Assembly: GCA_051382335.1 (NCBI GenBank)
Contig: JBBCAX010000033.1
Span: 1 to 64,000, forward strand
Direction: 5' to 3'
DNA from: Deltaproteobacteria bacterium TL4
GTDB lineage: Bacteria > SAR324 > NAC60-12
Length of the DNA: 64,000 nucleotides
Part shown: positions 21,048 to 31,234 of the stretch, piece by piece
Position numbering within the stretch: position 1 is the stretch's first letter
Layout of the letters: every line of letters begins with the position of its first letter
The notes under the pieces: model-generated
Seen by the model: the letters and a program-made list of their open reading frames with translations, nothing else
Databases searched by the model: none
Told to the model about the DNA's origin: nothing
Made by a program: the position numbers and the translations under genes

Positions 21048-22217
21048 TTAGCTGGCTTGATTCATAACCTTGCGAATAACCTGAATGGTTTCCTGAATAT
21101 CTTCCTCAATCAAGGTAGGATGAATCAAAAACATTAATGAGGTCTCCCCCATTTCTTTTGCGACGGTTAATCTCTTTTCAGGACGAATTCCTGCATCTTC
21201 AAAGGCTTTTTCCAAGTATATTTCGCTACAACTTCCGTTATAGCATGGAATTCCCTCGTCACAAATTGTATCTCGAATCCGATCCCGGTCCCATTCGGCA
21301 TTAAGTAAGGCTGGTTGCACAAATACGTAATATTTGTAATACGAGTGGTAAATATTTGCCGGGGGAAGTGTCAAACGGAGCGCAGGGATAGACATCAGAG
21401 CCTCATTTAACAGTTTTGCATAATGCCTGCGTGTTTCGATCCATCCGGGGATTTTTTTCAAAATCATACGTCCTATCGCTGACTGCATCTCTGTCATGCG
21501 CAAATTCGTGCCAAACGATTCGTGGAGCCACCTGAAACCAGGAGGATGTTCACGGTGATAGACCGCATCATAACTTTTTCCGTGATCTTTAAGAGACCAT
21601 ACTTTTTCCCATATTTCCTTATTATTTGTGGTGAGCATTCCTCCTTCACCGCCTGTTGTCATAATTTTATCCTGACAAAAGGAAAATGCGGCAACATCTC
21701 CCAAAGAACCGACAGGCCGATTTTTATAACGGGCACCTTGCGCTTGAGCACAGTCTTCAATCACATACAACCCCTTCAATCTTGCCAACGCCATGATCGA
21801 GTCCATGTCACAGGGCCATCCGGCAAGGTGAACCGCAATAATCGCTTTGGTTCTTGAAGATAAAACCGCTGCAACGGTCTCTGCCGTGATATTCTGACTC
21901 ACAGGATCAACGTCAGCCATTACAGGCGTGGCTCTACACATCACAATGGCACTAGCTGACGCTATAAAGGTTCGGCTTGTTACCACCACCTCATCTCCTG
22001 CGCCTATCCCCAGAGCATGAAGGGCTGCCTCCAGAGCTACAGTCCCATTGGCTAAAGCCACGGCATACTGACAAGCACAATGTTCGGTAAATTCCTGTTC
22101 AAATTGACGACCTTCTTGCCCCGTCCAATAGTTGACTTTTCCTGATTTCAATACTTGAGACACCACCTCAATTTCTTCTGCTGAAGCATAAGGCCAAGGA
22201 GCTTTACTTAAAACCAT
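21048..22217 (-). CDS. DegT/DnrJ/EryC1/StrS PLP-dependent sugar aminotransferase (WlbF / Neisseria PglC-like)
   Basis: NGTVAL, EDCAQAQG, FSFCQDKIMTTGGEGG (PLP lysine); likely start at ATG 22217 (ORF opens at 22307). Confidence 0.9.
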   Translation of the reverse strand: MVLSKAPWPYASAEEIEVVSQVLKSGKVNYWTGQEGRQFEQEFTEHCACQYAVALANGTVALEAALHALGIGAGDEVVVTSRTFIASASAIVMCRATPVMADVDPVSQNITAETVAAVLSSRTKAIIAVHLAGWPCDMDSIMALARLKGLYVIEDCAQAQGARYKNRPVGSLGDVAAFSFCQDKIMTTGGEGGMLTTNNKEIWEKVWSLKDHGKSYDAVYHREHPPGFRWLHESFGTNLRMTEMQSAIGRMILKKIPGWIETRRHYAKLLNEALMSIPALRLTLPPANIYHSYYKYYVFVQPALLNAEWDRDRIRDTICDEGIPCYNGSCSEIYLEKAFEDAGIRPEKRLTVAKEMGETSLMFLIHPTLIEEDIQETIQVIRKVMNQAS

Positions 22218-22263
22218 AAACACCTTTCTATCTATAATCGATAACTCATACGGACAAAGTACT

Positions 22264-22908
22264 TTAAAACACGCTTTCCGATCGTCGTCTTGCAGGTGAT
22301 CCAACAACAGTCACACCTTCCGGGATATCTTCAATCACTGTTGATCCCGCACCAACAATCACATTTTTACCAATCTTGATATTTGGAATAATGGTACTTC
22401 CAGCACCGATCATACTGTGCTCACCGACTTGAACATTCCCACAACAAATCGCACCTGGACCGATATGCGCATAGTTTCCAATAACACATTCATGATCTAT
22501 ACTTGCCTGAGTATTAATGATTGCGTTTTTTCCAATGCTTACATCAGGATTGATGACAACTCCAGCCATAACAACCGTGCCCGCATCAATCCTTACGCTC
22601 CTGGAAAGTTGGACTGACGGATGCACTGCTTTGACCAGGCCGATCTTATTGTTATGAAACCAAGCGTCAAGTAAAAAGCGAACCCGATTACTTCCAATAG
22701 CGATAATCCCCGGAGGAATAGCGTCTCCCTTGAACTGTTCGATCAGGTAGTCTCTACTCCCCAAAACCTGATAACCGTAAACTTCTTTCCCTTTCAACGC
22801 AATGGCATCATCAACCAGAAATAGGATCGTATCCTTACCAGAATTTTCAATGATATCAATGACAACTTTCGCATGACCACTGGCCCCAAAAACAAATATA
22901 TCACTCAT
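22264..22908 (-). CDS. Sugar N-acetyltransferase, PglD/NeuD family (left-handed beta-helix)
   Basis: [11 protein letters not shown], AIGSNxxR, IDHEC catalytic motif, hexapeptide repeats. Confidence 0.9.
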   Translation of the reverse strand: MSDIFVFGASGHAKVVIDIIENSGKDTILFLVDDAIALKGKEVYGYQVLGSRDYLIEQFKGDAIPPGIIAIGSNRVRFLLDAWFHNNKIGLVKAVHPSVQLSRSVRIDAGTVVMAGVVINPDVSIGKNAIINTQASIDHECVIGNYAHIGPGAICCGNVQVGEHSMIGAGSTIIPNIKIGKNVIVGAGSTVIEDIPEGVTVVGSPARRRSESVF

Positions 22909-23501
22909 GAATTTCTATTTCCTCGAAAAGGTTCCATCGTCACATGCCCTTCCTGATTAATTCCCTCGGAATGAATAATTTTTAGAACCGTTAACCAGAT
23001 GATTTTTAAATCTAAAACAAACGATTGATGTTCAACATACCACACATCCAGTTTAAATTTTTCTTCCCAATTGATCGCATTCCTGCCATTCACCTGGGCC
23101 CATCCCGTAATCCCAGGTTTAACTTCGTGACGTCTTGCTTGTTCTTTGCTGTACAGAGGAAGATATTGTGTAAACAGAGGACGAGGACCAACAAAGCTCA
23201 TGTCACTCTTAAGAATATTAAATAACTGAGGCAATTCATCCAAACTCAATTTTCTGAGCCACTTCCCCAACGTCGTTAACCGTTCCGCATCAGACAATAT
23301 CTTTCCCTGCGCATCTTTAGCATCCGTCATCGTTCTGAATTTATAGATACGGAATGGATTTCCTAGAAAACCGCCTCTTTGCTGGGTAAACACCACTGGA
23401 GAGTCCATTTTGCTTTTTATCAAAAAAGCGACAATAAGAAGTAAGGGGGACAACAGCAGCAAAAGGATGAGACACAACAGCATATCGAAAATTCGTTTCA
23501 T
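22905..23501 (-). CDS. Monotopic phosphoglycosyltransferase (PglC / Bac_transf family), initiating sugar transferase
   Basis: [37 protein letters not shown]. Confidence 0.95.
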   Translation of the reverse strand: MKRIFDMLLCLILLLLLSPLLLIVAFLIKSKMDSPVVFTQQRGGFLGNPFRIYKFRTMTDAKDAQGKILSDAERLTTLGKWLRKLSLDELPQLFNILKSDMSFVGPRPLFTQYLPLYSKEQARRHEVKPGITGWAQVNGRNAINWEEKFKLDVWYVEHQSFVLDLKIIWLTVLKIIHSEGINQEGHVTMEPFRGNRNS

Positions 23502-24628
23502 GAAACCAATCCCATTGATTTTAATATCACTTGATTTACCTGATGGACATCATATTTTTGTTCTGCGAGGGTACGGCTTTTTTGCCCCATGACAGCAATC
23601 AACTCTGGATTTTGTATCAATTTTTCCATGGCTAAGGCTAAGGCCTGAGCATCTTTTACGGGGACTAGAAATCCATTTTCACCATCAATAACCGTTTCTC
23701 TGCAGCCTGGAACATCGGTTGTGATGATGGGCCTTCCCATTGCCATGGCTTCTAATACAGTACGAGGTGTACCCTCACGATATGAAGGTAAGACATAGAC
23801 ATTCACTTGACTGATAAACGGTCGAACATCGGGAGTTTCGCCTAAATACTCAATGTACTGGTCTTTCTCCCATTGTTGTACTTGCTCTAGTGAGATTTCT
23901 CTAGAACCTACCAAAAGCGGACCGATTAGCCTAAAAGAAGTATCAGGATATTTTCTTTTGATAATTTTTGCGGCGTCAATATACTCGCGAACCCCTTTTT
24001 CTGCAAGTAATCTCGAAATCATCAAAAAAATAACTGGATGCTTCAACGGTGGAGTAAAAGGGAAATATTCCAAATCAATTCCGGATCCGTTTATGATTTG
24101 AGACTGTCCTGGTAAAACAAGGTTTAGGTTTTGAAATAACTGAAGATCATCAGAATTCTGGAAAAAGATAACATTATTTCGTCTGAGAGCTCTACGATAC
24201 AAAGGTAAAATCAATAAACGAACCAGTTTGTGTTTGAACGAATCACCAATCAGCAAATGCCCAATCCCCGTAACCATTGAAAACCGATGAGGGACTCTGG
24301 AAAAATACCCGGCTAATGAACCATAAATGACAGGTTTAATCGTGTAGGAAAGAATCATATCAGGCTTGATCTTCCTAAAAAGCCTAAATAATTGCCATAA
24401 GGTTTTTAAATCCTCCCAAGGGTTCATTCCTCGATTATTCATATCGACCGCATAAAATCGAATATTCTGCGCATCTAAGGTTTTTTCAACCTCCTTGTAA
24501 TCCTGAAGTAATCCATCTCGAGAGGCACAAGCAATCACTTCATGCCCTTGATCCTGGATATCTTTCAAGAGAATGCCTCTAAAATTGATTAAAGAATGGG
24601 CAAGGCTTCCAAAAACAACGATTTTCAT
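23498..24628 (-). CDS. Glycosyltransferase family 4 (PglA/CapM-like)
   Basis: [13 protein letters not shown], FQNx[24 protein letters not shown]. Confidence 0.9.
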   Translation of the reverse strand: MKIVVFGSLAHSLINFRGILLKDIQDQGHEVIACASRDGLLQDYKEVEKTLDAQNIRFYAVDMNNRGMNPWEDLKTLWQLFRLFRKIKPDMILSYTIKPVIYGSLAGYFSRVPHRFSMVTGIGHLLIGDSFKHKLVRLLILPLYRRALRRNNVIFFQNSDDLQLFQNLNLVLPGQSQIINGSGIDLEYFPFTPPLKHPVIFLMISRLLAEKGVREYIDAAKIIKRKYPDTSFRLIGPLLVGSREISLEQVQQWEKDQYIEYLGETPDVRPFISQVNVYVLPSYREGTPRTVLEAMAMGRPIITTDVPGCRETVIDGENGFLVPVKDAQALALAMEKLIQNPELIAVMGQKSRTLAEQKYDVHQVNQVILKSMGLVS

Positions 24629-24653
24629 ATAACTATTGAGATGATTAAATTTT

Positions 24654-24797
24654 GTAACTACTCAGGTGTCTGAGTTCTGTAAAATCAGTGACTTATAAAA
24701 TGAGGACCCCTGATTTTTTGCTTAAAACAGCCTGTTTTTGAAAATTGCTTCAAAAAAAGTCCTGTAAAATCAGTACAAATGATACCTGAGTAGTTAC
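24654..24797. mobile_element. 144-bp MITE with 17-bp terminal inverted repeats and 8-bp target-site duplication
   Basis: Left GTAACTACTCAGGTGTC, right GATACCTGAGTAGTTAC (1 mismatch); TAAATTTT on both flanks (24646-24653 and 24798-24805); no ORF inside. Confidence 0.9.
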
Positions 24798-24803
24798 TAA
24801 ATT

Positions 24804-25949
24804 TTATTGAATTAATTGACTATAAAGTGTTTGGTATTGAGCCACTATGGCAGGAAGAGCGTAGTGCGTGATGATTCTTTGTCTCGCATTTTTGCCATAT
24901 TCCTGACGTTTTTCCTCAGGAAGTTGAAGCATTCTCTCCCAAGCGCTAGCTAAACTCTCTGGGTTTTGAGGTGGAACGACAAAACCGGTATCACCTATTA
25001 ATGTCCGAACATCACCCACATCTGTTGCAATACAAGGTGTTTCACAAGCCATTGCTTCTCCTATAACAGTCGGAAAGCCTTCACCACAAGAAGATAAGGT
25101 TGCAATATTCAGCGCGGAGTTGATTTCAGGGATGTTAGCACATTCTCCCAGCAAATGAACAACATCGGATAAATCACTCTTGTGGATCCACTGAGTTAAT
25201 TGAGTATTATGTTCATCAATTTCTTTTCCACACAACAAAAAGTGGGTATGGGGATGCTTTTGATGAAAAATGGCTGCTGCTCGAATAAAGTTTAAATGGT
25301 CTTTTTGTGGATGGAATCTGGCGATCATTCCAATTAAATCTACTGATGGTGAGATTTTTAACTTATTCCGTATTGCTTGAGAAGCGGTTTCTCGATAATA
25401 GAGTTTTCCTAAATCAAAACCAATAGGAATCGTTACCATTTTACTTTGATCATAACCACATTCAACATGAGTGATACGCGTTGCTTCAGAGCAACAAACG
25501 ACTTTTTGAGGAACTTTTTTTGAAAGCAAGGCACATAGTTTATTGACCCATAAAGTGGTTCGCTTATTTGATGAGGGGGATAAATTACTATGGTGCAACC
25601 CCCATACAATAGGACATTTCTTTAAAAACAATGCAGCAAGTCCACCCATCAAATTAGCGTGATACATCCACGTTTGTATCAGATCCGGATGAATTTTTAA
25701 TAAATATCTTACCATGCGTCCAAGAGCAAAAGGACTTGGAATTCCCTGCCGCATATTTAAGTTGAGTACAGGTATTCCCAATGCTTGAATTTTCTTTCCA
25801 ACCTCACCAATATCTCTTAAGGAAATAACATAACAATCGAATCTTTTTGTATCGATGGTCACCAGCAGATGATAGAGCATCATTTCAGCGCCACCTAAAT
25901 TAACCGCGGTAATGATATGAACAATTTTCTTTTTATTACCGTGCTGCAC
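24804..25949 (-). CDS. Glycosyltransferase family 4 (WbnK-like)
   Basis: GGAEMML, QTWMYHA, RFHPQKDH, EGFPTVIGEAMA; probable GTG start at 25949 with GGAG RBS (ORF opens at 25988). Confidence 0.9.
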   Translation of the reverse strand: MQHGNKKKIVHIITAVNLGGAEMMLYHLLVTIDTKRFDCYVISLRDIGEVGKKIQALGIPVLNLNMRQGIPSPFALGRMVRYLLKIHPDLIQTWMYHANLMGGLAALFLKKCPIVWGLHHSNLSPSSNKRTTLWVNKLCALLSKKVPQKVVCCSEATRITHVECGYDQSKMVTIPIGFDLGKLYYRETASQAIRNKLKISPSVDLIGMIARFHPQKDHLNFIRAAAIFHQKHPHTHFLLCGKEIDEHNTQLTQWIHKSDLSDVVHLLGECANIPEINSALNIATLSSCGEGFPTVIGEAMACETPCIATDVGDVRTLIGDTGFVVPPQNPESLASAWERMLQLPEEKRQEYGKNARQRIITHYALPAIVAQYQTLYSQLIQ

Positions 25950-26048
25950 ACTATCTCCACATTTGAGTTCCGGAACAATATAAATCACAAAACAAGCTGC
26001 TAATATCCCATAAGGAAGGGGATAAAAACAGGAAGAGATTTCATCGAC

Positions 26049-27233
26049 TTAAGGCGGTGAAAAAAGAGCTTTTTCATTGGAGGGACTCATCTTGTTTCCT
26101 GAGTAAAGTGATTTAAGAAAGATCCAAAGGCAATGATACTGCATCCAGGCAATGCCAAAAGTAAGCTGGAAACGGTGTCTTGGTCCTTGTTGTCCTGCAA
26201 ACGCGGCAAATAACAAGCATACCGCAAGAAAAAACAAGAGCATTAAATTTACTTCTTTTGATCGTTTTTTCCATAGTAGTAAAGCACCAAAAAGGGTAAA
26301 TATAAAGAAAAACCAGTTGAATATCGCGGGTAGCAATAGAAACGAGGAACCCTCGTCAATTCCCCAGGGACGAGGCGTTAGTAAAAAACGAAACAACCCC
26401 GGAATCAAACTCCCCGCAGAGAACACAAGAAATTTTTTCATATAATAAATAATTTCTTTGGTTCCTCCGATTTTGTGTCCTACATAAAGCGCAACAATGA
26501 CTCCCAGTATCATCACAAGATATTTTTGTTTCCCTTTTGAATAAAAAAGAAACCACACTCCTATACACGCTAACCAGATTATAGGCTGATAAAATCGAAT
26601 CAATAAGTACAACACAACACAACCAAAACAGGCTAAACCATAAAGAATATGTCTGGTTTCCAAGAAAACGGAAGCAAAATAGAGTGTTGCCACATTGAGC
26701 ATCATCACTATCGGATCCTTCAGATTGATCAGGGAAGTCCATGCGACCAAATCCCAATGTAACAGAAAGAACACAAGGAAACCTTGGGCGTAAACCACGG
26801 ACGCTCCGACAAACCTCACGATACGGTACAGGAAGACACCTGTCACACAAGTAACGAAAATATTAAGAAAGACGGGCGCAAAATAGAATCTTCCAAATAA
26901 ATACTGGGCTAAAGCATTCCACCAATAATACAAAAAGGTTCCTCCTCCCGTTACTTGAAGTAACACCTTTTGACCTCCTGTAGTAATCAAAGCAGTAAGC
27001 GGATTATATCCCCTATCCAAAATGTACGCACCACTTCGCAAATAGGTAATATCGTCTAAAAAATTCCAGTGGCCATCAAAGAAAAATCCAAAATAGAAAA
27101 GAGGTATCATTATGCGAACAAAGGTAATGAAAAGCGCAACGCGAAGATCCAAATAAGCTTTAAGCATCCAGAAGCATAACAGGCCAATCACAAAAGCTTC
27201 AAAAAGTAAGTTTCCATTCAATTGAATCGTCAT
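26049..27233 (-). CDS. Polytopic membrane protein, putative Wzy polymerase / GT-C fold
   Basis: About 10 TM segments, DDxxY after TM2, LKD, and RHR in the last loop; located among GT genes. Confidence 0.6.
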   Translation of the reverse strand: MTIQLNGNLLFEAFVIGLLCFWMLKAYLDLRVALFITFVRIMIPLFYFGFFFDGHWNFLDDITYLRSGAYILDRGYNPLTALITTGGQKVLLQVTGGGTFLYYWWNALAQYLFGRFYFAPVFLNIFVTCVTGVFLYRIVRFVGASVVYAQGFLVFFLLHWDLVAWTSLINLKDPIVMMLNVATLYFASVFLETRHILYGLACFGCVVLYLLIRFYQPIIWLACIGVWFLFYSKGKQKYLVMILGVIVALYVGHKIGGTKEIIYYMKKFLVFSAGSLIPGLFRFLLTPRPWGIDEGSSFLLLPAIFNWFFFIFTLFGALLLWKKRSKEVNLMLLFFLAVCLLFAAFAGQQGPRHRFQLTFGIAWMQYHCLWIFLKSLYSGNKMSPSNEKALFSPP

Positions 27234-28294
27234 TCAGCAAAGACCTTTTGGTAGCTTCGGATAATATTCTCTATCCCAAAATGATGATGTAAGGCCTTCC
27301 GGCAGTCAACCTTTTCAAACCAATCCGTACTCCAGTTCAATTCGGTAACCCATCGGTTGGTAAGTTTCATCAGTGTTAATATTTCGTAGGTTCCTCCTGG
27401 ATGCCTTACAGAAACAACAGGACAATCACAAGCCAAGGCTTCAAGAACAACATTCGGAAGGCCCTCGTAGCGAGAGGTAAGCACCAATAAATCCGCATGT
27501 TTCATCCAACGATAGGGATCCTTGTGATATCCGGCTAAATGAACATTCTCCTCAAGTTTAAGTGTTTTTATTTGATTGCGTAGCTGAGACTCCAAAGATC
27601 CCGTACCTAAAATCCATAAATGAGCATCCGGTTTTAATGTTAGGAGTTCGGAAAAGGACGCAAGCAAGAGTTCCATATTTTTTTGATAGCTCAGTCGACC
27701 TACTGTTAGCAGATGGGGGCCGTGACCGTGGCTCAAAAAAGGAGAGGCACCTTCCGAGTTTTTAATGATTAAATCAATATCTAATGGATTATAGATTCGC
27801 AGGAGCCGGTCAGGAGGAATAGCAAAATTTTCTTTGAGATCGCTTAACATATAATCCGACTGACAAATCACACAATCCGCAAAGGGATACAGTGTCCGAT
27901 ACAGTATGCGCCATAACCAGGGATTCTTCAGATGCTTAATTGTTTCCGTGGGAGTATTTCCTTCCCGGACAATCAGCTTCAGTTTTTTTGACAAAAATGG
28001 TTTTAGCAAAATAATAATAAAATTCAGATATTGGAGCGTTGAGAGCAGAACATCAGGCTGGAGAGTTCGAATCATTCTAAGCATAGGAAAAAATGCTTGA
28101 CGAACACGTTGACAATCTAAGAAAATAGGCTGAACCTCACTGGGAAGTTCTTTTAAGAAGGCACCGGTCCGAATCACAACGACCAAGGAAACATCAAATA
28201 AAGAACGATCCAAGTGTTTGTATAAGGTTAACATCACCCGCTGTGCTCCGCCTTCATTTAAGTTTGGCAAAACGAGCATCACTTTTTTTTTCAT
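27230..28294 (-). CDS. Glycosyltransferase family 4 (PglJ/WabH-like)
   Basis: GGAQRV, IYNP, VGRLSYQK, SRYEGLPNVVLEALA. Confidence 0.9.
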   Translation of the reverse strand: MKKKVMLVLPNLNEGGAQRVMLTLYKHLDRSLFDVSLVVVIRTGAFLKELPSEVQPIFLDCQRVRQAFFPMLRMIRTLQPDVLLSTLQYLNFIIILLKPFLSKKLKLIVREGNTPTETIKHLKNPWLWRILYRTLYPFADCVICQSDYMLSDLKENFAIPPDRLLRIYNPLDIDLIIKNSEGASPFLSHGHGPHLLTVGRLSYQKNMELLLASFSELLTLKPDAHLWILGTGSLESQLRNQIKTLKLEENVHLAGYHKDPYRWMKHADLLVLTSRYEGLPNVVLEALACDCPVVSVRHPGGTYEILTLMKLTNRWVTELNWSTDWFEKVDCRKALHHHFGIENIIRSYQKVFAE

Positions 28295-28299
28295 AACAC

Positions 28300-29028
28300 T
28301 TACTTCAGCTTTCTCATCACTAGATATGCTTGCTCCATTAAAGTATCCTTCCAGGATTTTGGATACGCTTTGCTCACTAATTCCTCAAAATCAGGACAAA
28401 ACTGATCCTGATGGGCTTTCATAAACTCTTCCATAATCCGGATATCATGTTCAGTCATGGCATTCGCATGCTGACAAAAGGTCCAAACTCCCATCGGCAT
28501 CGTCCGGAAATTCCAAAACTGTTGTGGAATCCAGGTCATTCCCTGACGATCTATCCAGTGCCGATAACTGAAACCATCACTAATAATCGTGATCGCATTA
28601 GCTTTTAAAACATCCAATGTCGTTTCATCAAACGCATGTCCAGGCGCTATCCAGACCTGTGCTTTGAGTTGATGTTCACTAAATATCCGCAAACCTGCTC
28701 TGATTTTCTCATTTTGCACCTCGAACGCATGTCCCGAAAACTCGCTCACTTCTTTTAAGCGAATAAGACTTGGTGCTTGAGAATCATAAAGGTGCTGGTA
28801 CCCGTGAAGCCCTATAATCCATCGTTTGTTCTGCCACGATCTTGCCCTTTCCCAGAATTGTGGGTTCGGCCCTGAGACTTGCAACTCAGGATCCTGATTA
28901 TCTGGGATAATCCCCAAAATCGGCTGCATGGAATATTTATCTAAAAGCGTTTCAACTTGATCCCATATACGCCAATCCATTGTTGGACACAAATCATCAA
29001 ACCTTAGTAAGTAAATCGCTGAACTCAT
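28300..29028 (-). CDS. DUF2334 / polysaccharide deacetylase-like (CE4 fold) protein
   Basis: LRFDD, LHGYQH, SEF, APGH motifs; ATG 29028 overlaps the upstream TGA (ATGA coupling). Confidence 0.75.
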   Translation of the reverse strand: MSSAIYLLRFDDLCPTMDWRIWDQVETLLDKYSMQPILGIIPDNQDPELQVSGPNPQFWERARSWQNKRWIIGLHGYQHLYDSQAPSLIRLKEVSEFSGHAFEVQNEKIRAGLRIFSEHQLKAQVWIAPGHAFDETTLDVLKANAITIISDGFSYRHWIDRQGMTWIPQQFWNFRTMPMGVWTFCQHANAMTEHDIRIMEEFMKAHQDQFCPDFEELVSKAYPKSWKDTLMEQAYLVMRKLK

Positions 29029-29684
29029 TTTCGAAGCCACAAGTAGATATTATCCGAACTAAAACGATATTCAATTTCCTGTAAATCAAAAGTACTAAAA
29101 ACTTGCTGAATACGACTTTTTGAAGGATGCGGATGACCGACTTTGAACCTTAACGATTCATTTAACCTTATTTTCAACTTTTCCGTCCAGGGCAAGGAGT
29201 AGGATTCTAACATCCCCAGGTGATTGATTATACAATAAGCATAACCATCAGGACGCACGAGCTGATAGAGAACGTTAGCAAATTCAAAATCACTTATACA
29301 ATAATACCAACATATTCGATTATAAACCAAATCAAAGGTTCGGTTCAATCGAGGAGCCTCTTCCAAATACCCAATACAGTACTCAATTGAAAGTCGCTCT
29401 TGTTGATGTCTTTTCTGTGCGTAATCGCAATACCTCTGACTGATATCATACCAAGTGACTTGTGCTCCTCTTCTGGCAAATTCAGCTGAGTATTGTCCAG
29501 GGCCCGCACCCAAATCTAAAACCGTTTTTCCGGTTAGCGGTCCAATTTTAAACTCTATTTCATCTACAATTGTTGGTGTAAACTTTTTCCATTCACTATC
29601 ACTGTAAACTTGAACATGTTGAGGCGGTACAGGATCCCATCCTTTTTCAGGTCGTTGTAAGTAATAAAACAGTCGATTAATCAT
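29025..29684 (-). CDS. Class I SAM-dependent methyltransferase
   Basis: VLDLGAGPG motif I, YDIS, FDLV, LVRPDG. Confidence 0.9.
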   Translation of the reverse strand: MINRLFYYLQRPEKGWDPVPPQHVQVYSDSEWKKFTPTIVDEIEFKIGPLTGKTVLDLGAGPGQYSAEFARRGAQVTWYDISQRYCDYAQKRHQQERLSIEYCIGYLEEAPRLNRTFDLVYNRICWYYCISDFEFANVLYQLVRPDGYAYCIINHLGMLESYSLPWTEKLKIRLNESLRFKVGHPHPSKSRIQQVFSTFDLQEIEYRFSSDNIYLWLRK

Positions 29685-29961
29685 ATGGTTATACTAATAG
29701 TGTGTAACAAGCTCAGAAAAAAACAGAGCATAAACGGATCCTCGTAGCTTCACAAGCTGATACTTTAAACAGAATAAGCCGAAGAGTCTGTCAGAGGAAT
29801 CGGTATCCGAACATATCGCAATCAAAGCATAAAGAAATCAGCTTGCAACAACTATCGGCAGACACATCGGCAAATTATCTTGTGCAATATTGCTATAAAT
29901 GATAATTAATCTGTTATTTTAACATGTTAGGTGATAATATTTTTATGAAATATCGGCAAAT

Positions 29962-31167
29962 ATGTATAATCACCCCAGCCAAATGGAACCCTTATTCCCT
30001 GGTAGTACTCATCAGTTGATAGATCTTGCTACTGAAGTTATTCAAAAGTCAGCTTCATTGGGGTCTCAACTACACCCAATATCTCGGCAGAGTCTTACCA
30101 TCCTGCTAAGGCTCATCAACAGTTATTATTCTAACCTCATTGAAGGACATAACACTCATCCAATAGACATTGAACGCGCACTTCGGAATGATTATTTTGA
30201 TGAACCAGTCAAACGCGCTCTACAAATTGAGAGTCAGATTTATATTGAACTCCAAGAAGCGCTTGAACGGGAAATCAGCGATAAAACCCTTAAGCTCAGT
30301 TCTTCAGAATTTATTCAATCCATTCATCGTCGTTTTTATGAACGTTTACCAAAGGAACTAAAATTAATTAAAAATGAGGAAACGGGACAAGCGTTTGAGA
30401 TTTTTGCAGGGAAACTGCGTCAGCATGAGGTTGAAGTAGGACATCATGTCGCCCCTACTTATACTTCGCTTACTGAATTTTTAAAAAGGTTTGAGATAGC
30501 CTACAATCCTGAAAAACTGCATGGGGAGAAACTGATCATTGGAGCAGCGGCTTCTCATCATCGACTCACTTGGATTCATCCTTTTTCTGATGGAAATGGA
30601 CGTGTTGCCCGACTGTTTACCGATGCTTTTATGTACAGAATTCCTCTAAGCGGTTACGGTTTATGGACCATAAGCCGAGGATTAGCTCGTCATAAGGAAG
30701 GATATCTGGCAGCGTTAACATGGGGAGATGCACCTCGCCAGGGAAATCTAGATGGACGAGGGAATCTTTCCTTAAAGGGATTAGAGCGATTTTGTCTTTT
30801 TTTCCTTAATATTTGTTTAGATCAAATCGATTTTATGGACAAATTACTTCAATTAGATGGCTTGCTGGATCGAATCAAGGGATATGTTCAATTAAGAAAC
30901 CAGAACATGATTCCTAACACCGAAGTGCTTAAACCTGAGGCAACTTATTTACTCCAGGAAGCTCTTTTACGAGGTCAATTTGCTCGTGGGGAATCTTCAC
31001 GCATTACAGGATTACCAGAGAGAACCGCAAGGATGGTTTTAAGCACTTTGGTTAAAGAAGGTTTACTTCTTTCTGATACGCCTAAAAGTCCTGTCTATTT
31101 GGGTATCCCAGCGTCAGTAGCCACTTATTGGTTTCCAAACCTATTTCCAGAAAAATTGCAAACTTGA
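29962..31167 (+). CDS. Fic-domain protein with N-terminal autoinhibitory motif and C-terminal HTH-like region
   Basis: HPFSDGNGRVAR catalytic motif; SNLIEG fits (S/T)xxxE(G/N); GLPERTARMVLSTLVKEGLL resembles a winged HTH. Confidence 0.9.
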   Translation: MYNHPSQMEPLFPGSTHQLIDLATEVIQKSASLGSQLHPISRQSLTILLRLINSYYSNLIEGHNTHPIDIERALRNDYFDEPVKRALQIESQIYIELQEALEREISDKTLKLSSSEFIQSIHRRFYERLPKELKLIKNEETGQAFEIFAGKLRQHEVEVGHHVAPTYTSLTEFLKRFEIAYNPEKLHGEKLIIGAAASHHRLTWIHPFSDGNGRVARLFTDAFMYRIPLSGYGLWTISRGLARHKEGYLAALTWGDAPRQGNLDGRGNLSLKGLERFCLFFLNICLDQIDFMDKLLQLDGLLDRIKGYVQLRNQNMIPNTEVLKPEATYLLQEALLRGQFARGESSRITGLPERTARMVLSTLVKEGLLLSDTPKSPVYLGIPASVATYWFPNLFPEKLQT

Positions 31168-31191
31168 AACAAGCAATGAGTAATGCGGATG

Positions 31192-31216
31192 ACTCTGGCC
31201 TTAAACAGGGCAGAGT
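31192..31216. terminator. Hairpin between convergent fic and asnB genes
   Basis: actctggcc-N7-gggcagagt, 9-bp stem with one mismatch. Confidence 0.4.
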
Positions 31217-31234
31217 TGTTCAAAGGCTGAGCCT

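Noticed and set aside
26356..26850. 164-aa Cys-rich same-strand alternate-frame ORF
   Set aside because: Nested in the Wzy-like gene; its composition is what out-of-frame reading of TM codons gives
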